This document shows positions 31,362 to 40,279 of a stretch of 62,534 nucleotides of DNA, one piece after another. Numbering within the stretch: the stretch's first letter is position 1; every line of letters begins with the position of its first letter. Under the pieces are notes generated by a model. The model was given only the letters and a program-made list of their open reading frames with translations, searched no databases and had not been told where the DNA came from. The position numbers and the translations under genes were made by a program. This DNA comes from a virus (taxonomy: Duplodnaviria > Caudoviricetes): positions 1 through 62,534 of the IMG/VR virus record IMGVR_UViG_3300042987_002787; one strand, 5' to 3'.

Positions 31362-31604
31362 TTAATATTTCTTCAATCGTTCCTCGATAGCATCCATGCT
31401 TTCTTTAATGCTTTCGTCCATCTTAAGTTTACTCAACATCAATTCATACATTGTATAAACCAAAAAAAGACCAATTAAACAACCAAAAATTAATGGAGCA
31501 TCGGCGCTAAAAAAGTGAGCAATTGCTACTATAGCAAATGCACCTGAAAAAATAGCTGCTAACACACCAATAGTATAAATTGCTGCTTTAAGTCGAATGT
31601 TCAT
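31362..31604 (-). CDS. two-TM membrane protein
   Basis: AGGAG SD; two TM helices. Confidence 0.6.
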   Translation of the reverse strand: MNIRLKAAIYTIGVLAAIFSGAFAIVAIAHFFSADAPLIFGCLIGLFLVYTMYELMLSKLKMDESIKESMDAIEERLKKY

Positions 31605-31661
31605 AAAAAAACTCCTAGTTAGTTAATGTACTTAACAGTTTACTTGAAGTTCTCTTTTGTG

Positions 31662-31988
31662 TCAATGGTAGTTGCCTTGAAAACAATGCCGAAGTTCATG
31701 ACCTAAATCGTGTATGGTGGCCTTGTTTCTGGTGATGATTGTACACTCGGTGCCTTCCTAGTTCCAAAAACTACAGGCCTCAATGCTGTAGCCGAAACCG
31801 TTATTGCCTCTAGCACGACTTTCTGCTTCGCAAGCCTTTTGCACATCGTTTACTGTGCGCCATGTTAGTTTAATAGTTTCCGACATTTTTTTTCTAGCAT
31901 CAAACTTGGCATCAGGATCCCGCCAATTTTCTGCCGCAACATTAGTTGCAAAAAAAGCAATTGTTAAAATAGCAATTGTTTTTTTCAT
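31662..31988 (-). pseudogene. secreted HExxH protein interrupted by in-frame TAG at 31758-31760
   Basis: Frame continues after TAG as EGTECTIITRNKATIHDLGHELRHCFQGNYH*. Confidence 0.6.
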
Positions 31989-32055
31989 AACATACTCCTA
32001 GTTGTTTACTATACAGCAATTATAGCAAAATCGAGATTTTTGGTCAATCTGGAAT

Positions 32056-33249
32056 TTATTTAATAGCAAGCCATTCTAACAATGAGTCGGCAAATATGTT
32101 TGCATTTAGGTCGCTACGCCTTGCTACAAACTCTACCAAGAAACTTCGCAAAGATTCTACTAATTTGGGATCTGGAATTGTTACGATTGATTGTAAAATT
32201 CTTTCACGGTCTACGTCTGTAATCCGACTAGTATTAACCTGTTCAAGCCTGTGTCTTATACAATCTTTGCTAGCAGGATCAAGCACATAAGGTGCCAAGA
32301 AGCCCGGGTGATACACAAATTGATATACGAAAGGAATATCATTAAAATAGTCAACAAAATCAAAAAATGACAACAAAGTCAAATTGGTCAAAGTGCAGTT
32401 GAATTTGAAGTTGATTTTACGCTGTTGCATGATTTTGACTTTGTTTGCAAAATCTTGCCACGCGGCACCATATCTATTAAATTCGTAATTTTCTTTTATT
32501 GATTCTGCACTAACAGTAAATGTTATGTTTGTGTGGTGCTGTATGCTGTCCAAAACCTTTAAAAATCTTGATTGTGATACTCCCAGTCCTGTAAATATTT
32601 CTATGGTTTTGACATGACTGAAAAGATCAATGTTTTTTTCTAGGTTGGTATCTAATAACGGTTCGCCACCAGTGATAATCAAGTGTGTGTCGCTGTTGGT
32701 TATCTTAACTGTTTCATCAACCAATAATTGATATCGTTTACTTTTTTTTAGAACAGGTTGACTTATTTTTGTTAATAAAACATCCCTAGGGGATAATTGG
32801 TATCTGCTGTTTGTAAAATGCGGAATCTGATACTGTCCATTTTTTAAAATGTCGCGACGCCATGAACTACTATATTCTTTTGTGCAATAAGAACAGGTCA
32901 AATTACAATCGCTTGTGGATGTAAATTCAATCATGGTGGGCAGAGTGTAAACATCAAAGTGTGTTTTTTCTATACCGTTTTGATACATTCTTGGACTTAT
33001 TGCATTGTTGTCTTCTGCTGTCCAACAATTTTGTTCGCAACTGGCATTTCTCTCATTGCGTAACATCATGTTTCGTTCACGTACATTGATTTCAGTGTTA
33101 AACAGTTGTCCGGTGTTAGTACTAACCCATTCAAAGTCGATAGGATTAGGAGCCGCGGCATGACAATTGTATGTTGTATTTGATTCGGCATCAATTTTGA
33201 GATACCGAAACTTCATTGAGCAGTAATAACTTCTATCGCTCACTGTCAT
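32056..33249 (-). CDS. radical SAM protein
   Basis: CNLTCSYC, TGGEP, N-terminal Cys cluster. Confidence 0.85.
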   Translation of the reverse strand: MTVSDRSYYCSMKFRYLKIDAESNTTYNCHAAAPNPIDFEWVSTNTGQLFNTEINVRERNMMLRNERNASCEQNCWTAEDNNAISPRMYQNGIEKTHFDVYTLPTMIEFTSTSDCNLTCSYCTKEYSSSWRRDILKNGQYQIPHFTNSRYQLSPRDVLLTKISQPVLKKSKRYQLLVDETVKITNSDTHLIITGGEPLLDTNLEKNIDLFSHVKTIEIFTGLGVSQSRFLKVLDSIQHHTNITFTVSAESIKENYEFNRYGAAWQDFANKVKIMQQRKINFKFNCTLTNLTLLSFFDFVDYFNDIPFVYQFVYHPGFLAPYVLDPASKDCIRHRLEQVNTSRITDVDRERILQSIVTIPDPKLVESLRSFLVEFVARRSDLNANIFADSLLEWLAIK

Positions 33250-33526
33250 CTTGGTGTAATCGATTTTGAAAAAATTTCTTCTCCTGTACCGTAGGTTCCT
33301 TGAACCATTTCCTTGGATTACCGCACATGTAACATCTAGGATCCCCGCAGTTGAAGATGTGTTTTTTATGATTTCTATGAGGCTGTGTTAAATATCGCCA
33401 CTTGTTCATTCCGCTGCTAAGTTTATGATATCCATAATTTTTAGCTAGTTGCACCTGCTTTTCGATTGCTACTTCATCTGCATATCTGCGACCGCTGTTT
33501 TTAATTTTATCGTTTTCATTTGACAT
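33233..33526 (-). CDS. hypothetical protein with Cys cluster
   Basis: CGDPRCYMCGNPRK; AGGAG SD. Confidence 0.65.
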   Translation of the reverse strand: MSNENDKIKNSGRRYADEVAIEKQVQLAKNYGYHKLSSGMNKWRYLTQPHRNHKKHIFNCGDPRCYMCGNPRKWFKEPTVQEKKFFQNRLHQDDSER

Positions 33527-33545
33527 ACAATCTCCTACTACTAAT

Positions 33546-33636
33546 TGGCGGAAGCGGACGGAGTCGAACCCTCAAGGCGCTATTAACGCTCAACTGTTTT
33601 CAAGACAGGTACCATCGCCAATTGGTTTGCGCTTCC
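33546..33636 (-). tRNA. tRNA-Ser(TGA)
   Basis: Class II cloverleaf, G73, CCA. Confidence 0.92.
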
Positions 33637-33649
33637 TATAAATAAAACT

Positions 33650-33910
33650 ATGTTAACTGCTATTGTACTTAGCCTTGCCCTCACCGTAGAAGAACTGCCC
33701 TTATCTACATTAGAAAAATATTATTGGGATTGCGATACCTTGTTCATGAAGGGCGAAATGGGCGGCCAAGATGTTCTTAGTTGTCTAGCAATTACTGATC
33801 AATTTATACTAAAAAAATTTAAAAATAATAAGAAAAAATTTCGAGAATATTGGAACAAAAACAAATATCAAGAATGGGAAACTCGTGGTTTTATCCCCGA
33901 ACAAGTTTAG
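33650..33910 (+). CDS. hypothetical secreted protein
   Basis: TAAATA-N5-ATG; hydrophobic N-terminus. Confidence 0.55.
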   Translation: MLTAIVLSLALTVEELPLSTLEKYYWDCDTLFMKGEMGGQDVLSCLAITDQFILKKFKNNKKKFREYWNKNKYQEWETRGFIPEQV

Positions 33911-34143
33911 TCTGTCCAGGTTAGTACAAATAATGTTCTATCTTGATCCCATTTAAATGCTACACCTATGTTATATAATGCTCTGCAGTCATCATAAGCC
34001 CAACGGGCATATCTTGGACCTATGCATTGTCGTAACCAATCTTCAATAGACAGTAATCCTTCAACCCAATCCAGTTGTGCTGAATTAGATAAGGGCCACG
34101 GTATCTGGGCATGATATTGGAAAGCGTGACTGTCCACTAACAT
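33907..34143 (-). CDS. hypothetical phage protein
   Basis: TAAATA-N5-ATG; C-terminal F...F.L.W pattern shared with 41937-42200. Confidence 0.6.
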   Translation of the reverse strand: MLVDSHAFQYHAQIPWPLSNSAQLDWVEGLLSIEDWLRQCIGPRYARWAYDDCRALYNIGVAFKWDQDRTLFVLTWTD

Positions 34144-34154
34144 GCAAATATTTA

Positions 34155-34175
34155 TGGAGCAACGGGCTGGATTTG
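34155..34175 (-). pseudogene. tRNA 3'-end remnant (U73-CCA)
   Basis: CAAATCCAGC-CCGTTGC-TCCA directly after the HNH stop codon. Confidence 0.6.
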
Positions 34176-34176
34176 C

Positions 34177-34800
34177 CTACCAGTTCTTGATTCTATCCAT
34201 TAACTCTTGAATTGAAATCGAACTTTTTTCTCTCTTTTTTTGATTTTGTTTATGTAACACTAATTCGCAGTTTGCCGGATGTTTTATAATTTCAGGATCT
34301 ATTCCAAGATTAAATCCTTCCTTAACACTTAGCAAATGATCTTTAGATACTCCATTTAAATTATTTCCTTTATTTGATGGACTATACCAGCCATGCTGTT
34401 CAACCAATATCAAATTGAATTTATTTGGGTATTCTTTAATATCAAAATCAAAATTTGCTCTTTGTCTATATAACAGATAAGGCTCTTTATTTTTTTCGGT
34501 GTAAGATATCCAACAACTTAACTTACAAAATTTGCGATTATCGCTCGGACGACATTTCATTACAACTCCACAACCAAGACAATTTTTTATAATTTTGTTT
34601 TTACGATTAAAGTTATTAGACTCTTCAATTTTTTTCTTATGTTCTTCGGTTAATTTTCTACCTGCTAATTTAGCAGAAACTTTTTTGTTAATGTTTTCTC
34701 GTTTGTGCTTAGTAGAAAATCCTCTTGCACATTTTGTGCTACAAAATCTTCCAGATCCATAAGTTCCATTATGGTCATTATTACAATTTTCACATTTCAT
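34177..34800 (-). CDS. HNH homing endonuclease-like protein
   Basis: CxxC and FCSxxC Zn motifs, NUMOD-like LTEEHKKKI, DH...HPANC...HKQN. Confidence 0.78.
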   Translation of the reverse strand: MKCENCNNDHNGTYGSGRFCSTKCARGFSTKHKRENINKKVSAKLAGRKLTEEHKKKIEESNNFNRKNKIIKNCLGCGVVMKCRPSDNRKFCKLSCWISYTEKNKEPYLLYRQRANFDFDIKEYPNKFNLILVEQHGWYSPSNKGNNLNGVSKDHLLSVKEGFNLGIDPEIIKHPANCELVLHKQNQKKREKSSISIQELMDRIKNW

Positions 34801-34845
34801 TTTGAACCTTCGCTTTATATATATTTAGCGTTAGTTCAAATTTTT

Positions 34846-34921
34846 TGGAGCTCGGGGTGAGAGTTGAACTCACATTGACGCAGATTTGCAGTCTGCCGCG
34901 TAGCCTTTCCGCCACCCGAGC
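34846..34921 (-). tRNA. tRNA-Cys(GCA)
   Basis: Cloverleaf, U73-CCA. Confidence 0.92.
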
Positions 34922-34926
34922 ATTAC

Positions 34927-35003
34927 TGGTACCACCGGCGAGATTCAAACTCACATCGTACGCTTTAGAAGAGCGTTGCCTTATTCAATTAGACCACGGT
35001 GGT
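34927..35003 (-). tRNA. tRNA-Arg(TCT)
   Basis: Cloverleaf, CT-TCT-AA. Confidence 0.9.
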
Positions 35004-35009
35004 AAAACT

Positions 35010-35095
35010 TGGTGGGCCGGGTCGGACTCGAACCGACATGGCCTTTCGGACTGAATTATGAGTTCAGGGCATCCCTCCAATAGTGCTTCCGGCCC
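35010..35095 (-). tRNA. tRNA with CAT anticodon and long variable arm (Met/Ile2, identity uncertain)
   Basis: CT-CAT-AA; 13-nt variable region containing CC-GAAA-GG. Confidence 0.85.
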
Positions 35096-35102
35096 ACGAA
35101 AC

Positions 35103-35187
35103 TGGTGCGGGTGGCCGGACTCGAACCGGCATGACTTTCGTCGATGGATTTTAAATCCATTGCATATACCTATTTCGCCACACCCGC
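35103..35187 (-). tRNA. tRNA-Leu(TAA)
   Basis: Class II cloverleaf. Confidence 0.92.
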
Positions 35188-35196
35188 AATTTAATT

Positions 35197-35272
35197 TGGT
35201 CTCCCTAGAAAGATTTGAACTTCCACCGCCTGCTCCCAAAGCAGGTACGCTGCCAGATTACGCCATAGAGAG
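35197..35272 (-). tRNA. tRNA-Pro(TGG)
   Basis: C1-G72, TT-TGG-GA. Confidence 0.9.
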
Positions 35273-35277
35273 TATTA

Positions 35278-35511
35278 CTAATCATCATCTTCATCTTCAC
35301 TGCTATTAAAATATGCAACTATTTTACTACGGGCTTCGGCTTCTGTCAAGGCCGGGATGGTCACTGTGGCAAAACCATTTTTTATTTTGATATCAAATGG
35401 CACAACTCCACGTGGCAACCACCCATCTTCAACAGGCACAGTGACAGTGAACTCTTGCAAGTTCATTAATCTGTTTATCACTTGTTGTGTTACATCTGCT
35501 GGATGTGGCAT
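35278..35511 (-). CDS. hypothetical protein
   Basis: AAGGA SD; fits between tRNAs. Confidence 0.6.
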   Translation of the reverse strand: MPHPADVTQQVINRLMNLQEFTVTVPVEDGWLPRGVVPFDIKIKNGFATVTIPALTEAEARSKIVAYFNSSEDEDDD

Positions 35512-35523
35512 AATAAAATCCTT

Positions 35524-35606
35524 TGGTGCTGGAGGTGAGACTCGAACTCACGGAGGTTTCCCGCTGCATTACAAGTGCAGTGCAATTGCCGCTATGCGAC
35601 TCCAGC
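35524..35606 (-). tRNA. tRNA-Thr(TGT) with long variable arm
   Basis: CT-TGT-AA; G1-C72/C2-G71; 12-nt variable region containing GG-GAAA-CC. Confidence 0.88.
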
Positions 35607-35617
35607 GTTTTAAAACT

Positions 35618-35712
35618 TGGCGGAGAGTGAGGGATTCGAACCCTCGATACAGGTTTTAGCCCGTATGTCTTCTTAGCAGGAAGGTGGTTTCAGCCAGCTC
35701 ACCCAACTCTCC
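35618..35712 (-). tRNA. tRNA-Ser(GCT)
   Basis: Class II cloverleaf, G73. Confidence 0.92.
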
Positions 35713-35753
35713 AACATCAATAATATACAGTAAAGTAATGGTCCTGTCAACAA

Positions 35754-36356
35754 CTACATCACAGGACCATTACCGTTCCGAAAGCCTATTGTACCGCCTT
35801 CTGCTTCAATACGCTTGATCACATCTTCAAACAGTATTGGAGCAAAGTCGGTTTGTTCTACGCACACGCAATGGTAACGTGCATCAATTCGTTCCCGAAC
35901 ACCCCAATCCATGAACTCGGCAGTACTACTGGCACGTTTCATGACTCTGTTAGCATGTAAGTGTCCGTGTATGTTAGTACCAAAGCGTCCTAGGCTTTCC
36001 TCATGTACCGGTATATGACTCAGTATCATACCATTCATGACATGATAGCCACGTATATCTCTAAAGTAAGGTGTGTAATCCTCTAGCTTAAAGATGTCGT
36101 GATTACCACGAATAAGCACCTTGTCACCGTTAAGACGACCGAGTGTGGTCAAATGCTTGCGATTGATTACAACATCGCCAAGGTGATACACTTTGTCCTT
36201 GGGTCTAACACGCTCGTTCCAGGCCTTGACCATGTACTCGTCCATTTCCTCAGGATCGTCCCAAGGACGCAGTTTGGTCACACCGTCATTGCGTAGAAAT
36301 TTGCAGACGCCGGCGTGACCAAAATGCGTGTCACTTATCAAAAAAGTTGCCGGCAT
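35754..36356 (-). CDS. calcineurin-like phosphoesterase
   Basis: SDTHFGH, LGD, GNHD, SHIP, HGHLH. Confidence 0.88.
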   Translation of the reverse strand: MPATFLISDTHFGHAGVCKFLRNDGVTKLRPWDDPEEMDEYMVKAWNERVRPKDKVYHLGDVVINRKHLTTLGRLNGDKVLIRGNHDIFKLEDYTPYFRDIRGYHVMNGMILSHIPVHEESLGRFGTNIHGHLHANRVMKRASSTAEFMDWGVRERIDARYHCVCVEQTDFAPILFEDVIKRIEAEGGTIGFRNGNGPVM

Positions 36357-36549
36357 CTTGTTCTCCTTAACTATATTTTACAGGCGTTAGTCTATCAGCA
36401 TGAACCCAAGTATACCAGCCAAGACCCAACACACCAACCTTGACATATTTTAGTCTTTTACGGAGCACTTCGCCAATTAAAAATCCGTGAGCACGGTGCT
36501 CAAAAGTTACATGTTCGCCTTTGTTATAGATTCTCATAAAATTTTCTTT

Positions 36550-36855
36550 CTATGCTACAAGCCATTTAGTGTTGGCTTTTAATTCAATTGATTCCGCACC
36601 ATCAAATTCGTCAATTCTAAATTCGGTGCCTTGATCTATCCATTCGACAGTTAAATCATCTAATCCACCAAAATATTCGTTGGGATATTTTAATGCGAGA
36701 TAGTGTTCTATCTTGTCCGGTTCTTTTGCCTCAAGCCATAATACAATGCTAGGGTCATAGAGCAGTTCCTCTATCCTGTGCCACGAATACCAACCAGCAC
36801 CATAGTCAGGTGATACAAGAACTGCGACCTTACCATCACGAATAAGTTTATTCAT
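36550..36855 (-). CDS. hypothetical phage protein
   Basis: VAVLVSPDYGAGW...F.I.EFDG.E. Confidence 0.65.
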   Translation of the reverse strand: MNKLIRDGKVAVLVSPDYGAGWYSWHRIEELLYDPSIVLWLEAKEPDKIEHYLALKYPNEYFGGLDDLTVEWIDQGTEFRIDEFDGAESIELKANTKWLVA

Positions 36856-36881
36856 TTTATTTCAACAATAATAACTAACAA

Positions 36882-37047
36882 GGACCGTCGTCAGTCAAGT
36901 TTAAGGTCCGCCGTCCCCATCCTGCGATTTTCTTGCCGGGATGCCACGGTCACGCTACGGCTCATTCACGCCGGTGGCTTGCCTTCTGCCACCACTCACT
37001 TTCGCTAGTGTCACAGGGCACTATAGAGTCAGCCTGTGCTCTGACTT
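36882..37047 (-). ncRNA. candidate structured ncRNA
   Basis: GC-rich intergenic segment with several hairpins and a possible pseudoknot. Confidence 0.4.
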
Positions 37048-37213
37048 ACAACAGAACATTACATGCTTCGTAAAACCGGGTAATGTTGAATCTAGAATTA
37101 ATTTTCATGCATGCAGCGGCTACTGCCGTCGCTGCTTCTACTCTAGTGTTACGGTCAGCGATTTCACTGATATGCTTTGCAATAATCTCAAAGTCTTTTC
37201 TAGACATCGTCAT
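37046..37213 (-). CDS. hypothetical protein (MTMSRKDF...)
   Basis: AAGGAG SD before the ATG at 37213. Confidence 0.55.
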   Translation of the reverse strand: MTMSRKDFEIIAKHISEIADRNTRVEAATAVAAACMKINSRFNITRFYEACNVLL

Positions 37214-37217
37214 CTCC

Positions 37218-37529
37218 TTAGGCCCAAACAAGTTCTCGTGCAGGAAATTCAATCTGGCCATCAAACTCCAATTGGTCACGCTCGAACTGGGTTAGATAAT
37301 CGTCGGCCACAATATTGAAATCAACGATGTGCTCGCGGAAGTATGGGCTGTCTTCTTCAATCTGACCACGCAAAGCCATAACAGCTAGGGTCACATCTTT
37401 ACCCCGGAAATTCCGGACCACATAGTCGTTGCCGCCCTTGGCCTTCCAATACTCAGGGCACTCACCCCGACCGTCCCAATCATGGGCGCCGTAGTTTTCA
37501 TAAACTTGGGTAGTAATTACTAGTTTCAT
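37218..37529 (-). CDS. hypothetical phage protein
   Basis: ENYGAHDWDG.GECP.YWK.KGG; AAGGAG SD and TAGACC-N17-TATACT promoter. Confidence 0.7.
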   Translation of the reverse strand: MKLVITTQVYENYGAHDWDGRGECPEYWKAKGGNDYVVRNFRGKDVTLAVMALRGQIEEDSPYFREHIVDFNIVADDYLTQFERDQLEFDGQIEFPARELVWA

Positions 37530-37652
37530 AACAGCTCCTTTGCTTTACAATACCCATAGTATAGCAAAATGAGCCATTATGGTCTACTAAAATAAAAGTT
37601 GCTGATTTTGTAACACAAGTTAACAACCTATTAACTGTTGCTATAGTAACAA

Positions 37653-39053
37653 CTAAAACCATCCATATTGTGCAAGATCATATTGTCCTATTAGGCTAAC
37701 AGTTGCATCATTGAATTTGACATATTCTACGTTATACATGTCATAAATGCCGTCAATGCCATTGATTCCGTTGTAAACATCAAATCCACCATTTGTGTTG
37801 TCTTTGACTATTTTACAATTGTCAATATAGTTATGAATTGTTAGTGTATCTATACCCCCTCGACCATCTATCAATTTGTTGCCGGCGAAGGTTTCAAGTT
37901 GATTACTAAAAAAGTTTCCCACAATAGGTTTAGTTGAGTAATTGAACCAATTGGTAAAAATGTCAGATGCGGTTTCATTGTTATAAAATTCACTATGCAT
38001 CTTGCTGAAAAGATTCCACTGTTTGCCCACTGTGTCTTGTGGATTTTGTATCCATGATGCCTGTTTCCATGGGGCATATTCATAGAAAGCTATACCCGAC
38101 AATCCATCATTACCATCATAAATTGATGCCTTGATTATATCCCTAAGTGTGTTTGCTTGTAAATCTTTCCTTATGGTTATTTTATTTAAATCTTGATTAT
38201 TACCAAGCATACTCCATGGATCAACACCGTTTTCAGTTGCAGTGACAGCAATAGGGCTCCAAATTACATCTTTGTTATATTTGGTTTCTAAACGCTGTGC
38301 ATGCTGTAAAACCAATGCTTTGTCGGGATTTTGCGCACCTTGTCCAATACTAATAACATCAACCAAATTGAATATTGGGGTATCGCTTTCGGCATTTGTA
38401 GAGTAAGTTAATTTTCCTTTAAATTTACTTTTGATACTATCAACCAACAGTTTCCAATTGTCCTTGTATGAGTCGGTGTCAAAACCGTGTTGATAATTAC
38501 CAATGCCAATCATGTCAACTTTATACCGATTAGCGATACTGGCTATGTTGGATTGATAATTGGTTACTGAATCAAAAAACTTTTGTGTGTCAAAATTTGG
38601 TCCTACGTTTTCGATCATGAGCAGATTATCATTTTTATAATCTACAATATTAAAATTTAATGTGACGTCAAGTTTAAGTTTTTTAGCATATTGAACAACT
38701 GCCCAAGTATCTCGCGGAATATTTTTATCCGGGTTAAATGCACCGGGTCTATCATCAAACAATTTGACTTGACCAGTAATTGGATCTATCGGTACATTCA
38801 TATTTAAAACTATACCATTAAATCCGTCTTTTCTGATTTTGTCAACAACAGATTTGGTATGAGCAAATGAAGCAACCTTTAAACCTGATGCTGTATAATC
38901 ATTGTCCTGATCAAATCGCCAATCAAGATAGGCATATTTTTCAAACTTGTCAACGGCATCCACTGTGTTTTCAAACACGAGATTGGATTTAACACGCTGA
39001 TTAGAACTCAGTGCAGCAAATTTTCTTGACAAGAATTCAAACATATTAAACAT
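37653..39053 (-). CDS. putative glycoside-hydrolase-like TIM-barrel protein with RTX-like C-terminus
   Basis: F.GKLTYS pattern; IDGRGGIDT...VE...F.D C-terminus. Confidence 0.5.
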   Translation of the reverse strand: MFNMFEFLSRKFAALSSNQRVKSNLVFENTVDAVDKFEKYAYLDWRFDQDNDYTASGLKVASFAHTKSVVDKIRKDGFNGIVLNMNVPIDPITGQVKLFDDRPGAFNPDKNIPRDTWAVVQYAKKLKLDVTLNFNIVDYKNDNLLMIENVGPNFDTQKFFDSVTNYQSNIASIANRYKVDMIGIGNYQHGFDTDSYKDNWKLLVDSIKSKFKGKLTYSTNAESDTPIFNLVDVISIGQGAQNPDKALVLQHAQRLETKYNKDVIWSPIAVTATENGVDPWSMLGNNQDLNKITIRKDLQANTLRDIIKASIYDGNDGLSGIAFYEYAPWKQASWIQNPQDTVGKQWNLFSKMHSEFYNNETASDIFTNWFNYSTKPIVGNFFSNQLETFAGNKLIDGRGGIDTLTIHNYIDNCKIVKDNTNGGFDVYNGINGIDGIYDMYNVEYVKFNDATVSLIGQYDLAQYGWF

Positions 39054-39065
39054 AATTGATAGAAA

Positions 39066-39139
39066 TGGAGCGGGATATCGGAATCGAACCGATGACTAGA
39101 GCTTGGAAGGCTTTCGTTTTACCATTAAACTAATCCCGC
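39066..39139 (-). tRNA. tRNA-Gly(TCC)
   Basis: GCGGG start, U73. Confidence 0.92.
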
Positions 39140-39153
39140 TAGGGTTGAAAAAC

Positions 39154-39228
39154 TGGCGGTCGGTACGGGAATCGAACCCGTGACTACGGCGTGACAGGCC
39201 ATTATTATTACCGTTTAACTAACCGACC
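39154..39228 (-). tRNA. tRNA-Asp(GTC)
   Basis: CT-GTC-AC, G73. Confidence 0.9.
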
Positions 39229-39766
39229 TTTTTAAAATTAAATCTCTTCGTTTATAAATTGCTGCATTTGAGATTTTTAACATCTCTTCTAGTTCGCCAA
39301 TTGAATATTTTTTCATTAAATCTATAAGGTCAATGTTATCCCAATCAACCTTTCTTCTATTTGTTTGAGCACACTTAGCACTACAAAATCTAGACTTAAC
39401 GGATTTTTGATTTTGGCAGACTGGACATTCATTATATTCTAATACCATTTTAACATCTAAATATGTTTCGTCAAATTTTTCAAATATTTCGGGTAATTCT
39501 CTAATACCAGCATGTATTTCACTATGGCAGTTATGACAAACCAATATACACTTTTTTAATTCGTTTGTAATCTTAGCCCAAGTCTTGGGATTAGCTCTAG
39601 TGTCAGCAAAAGCTATATCTTTTTTAGTTGGATCTAAATGATGAAAAGCAAGTGCTTTATCGCATTTGTTATAACCACAGCACTGACATTTACCACCCAT
39701 GGCCGTTACCATTTTATTTTTTGTATTATTTCTCCACCTTTTAACTGCTTCGCTTGATTTTGACAT
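39215..39766 (-). CDS. HNH endonuclease
   Basis: GGKCQCCGY...LAFHH.DP..K...KCILVCHNCHSEIH. Confidence 0.88.
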   Translation of the reverse strand: MSKSSEAVKRWRNNTKNKMVTAMGGKCQCCGYNKCDKALAFHHLDPTKKDIAFADTRANPKTWAKITNELKKCILVCHNCHSEIHAGIRELPEIFEKFDETYLDVKMVLEYNECPVCQNQKSVKSRFCSAKCAQTNRRKVDWDNIDLIDLMKKYSIGELEEMLKISNAAIYKRRDLILKRSVS

Positions 39767-39821
39767 ATAACCTCTAACCTTAAAATTACTTATACTTTAT
39801 TTATGGTTAGAGGTTAGAAAA

Positions 39822-39900
39822 TGGCTCCGCATCTGAGAATCGAACTCAGCTAACCATTGCTTAACAGGCAAGCCCATGCACCATGCTCGGGTTCTGCGGA
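39822..39900 (-). tRNA. tRNA-Asn(GTT)
   Basis: CT-GTT-AA, G73. Confidence 0.9.
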
Positions 39901-39907
39901 ATAAAAT

Positions 39908-39982
39908 TGGTGGACGGTGAGAGATTCGAACTCCCGACCCGTTCCTTGTAAGGGAACTCTTCTACCGCTGAAATAACCGTCC
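39908..39982 (-). tRNA. tRNA-Val(TAC)
   Basis: CT-TAC-AA. Confidence 0.92.
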
Positions 39983-40267
39983 TATATATATCTATCAATG
40001 TTTAGTCCTACTGCACTGGCACGTTGAACTAATCTTTGTTCTTTAATACTTTCGCCAAAGGCATATAGTCTTAAGAATTCTGTTTGTTTATCATAATCAT
40101 AATTTCGCTGTAACCTTGTGGCTTCTTGTATGGCCATCAAATGGGCAAGTTCTCTCATTTCCTGCTGGTCAATGTCCTTACGTTTCATGTCCATAAGAAC
40201 CTGCACTCGCTGACCAATCATTTGATAATCATTTAGATATGCATGAGGTACACGATATATAACCATA
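39982..40267 (-). CDS. hypothetical protein (MVIYRVP...)
   Basis: Start moved outside tRNA-Tyr; AGGA SD. Confidence 0.55.
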
Positions 40268-40279
40268 ATATTCCTGAAC

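Noticed and set aside
31758-31760. Genome-wide TAG recoding
   Set aside because: Conserved genes such as infA end at TAG at their expected length, long genes are not fragmented, and there is no CTA-anticodon tRNA in the window
34177-34800. HNH ORF as a group I intron inside a tRNA
   Set aside because: The upstream tRNA-Cys is complete with CCA, and there is no room for an intron core around the ORF
34845-35659. Track ORFs 34845-35054, 34985-35239, 35058-35309 and 35357-35659
   Set aside because: They overlap tRNA genes or lie antisense to a better ORF; shadow frames
35735-35773. 13-bp inverted repeat GTAATGGTCCTGT/ACAGGACCATTAC as a mobile-element end
   Set aside because: Better explained as a terminator-like hairpin at the phosphoesterase stop overlapping a TTGACA promoter
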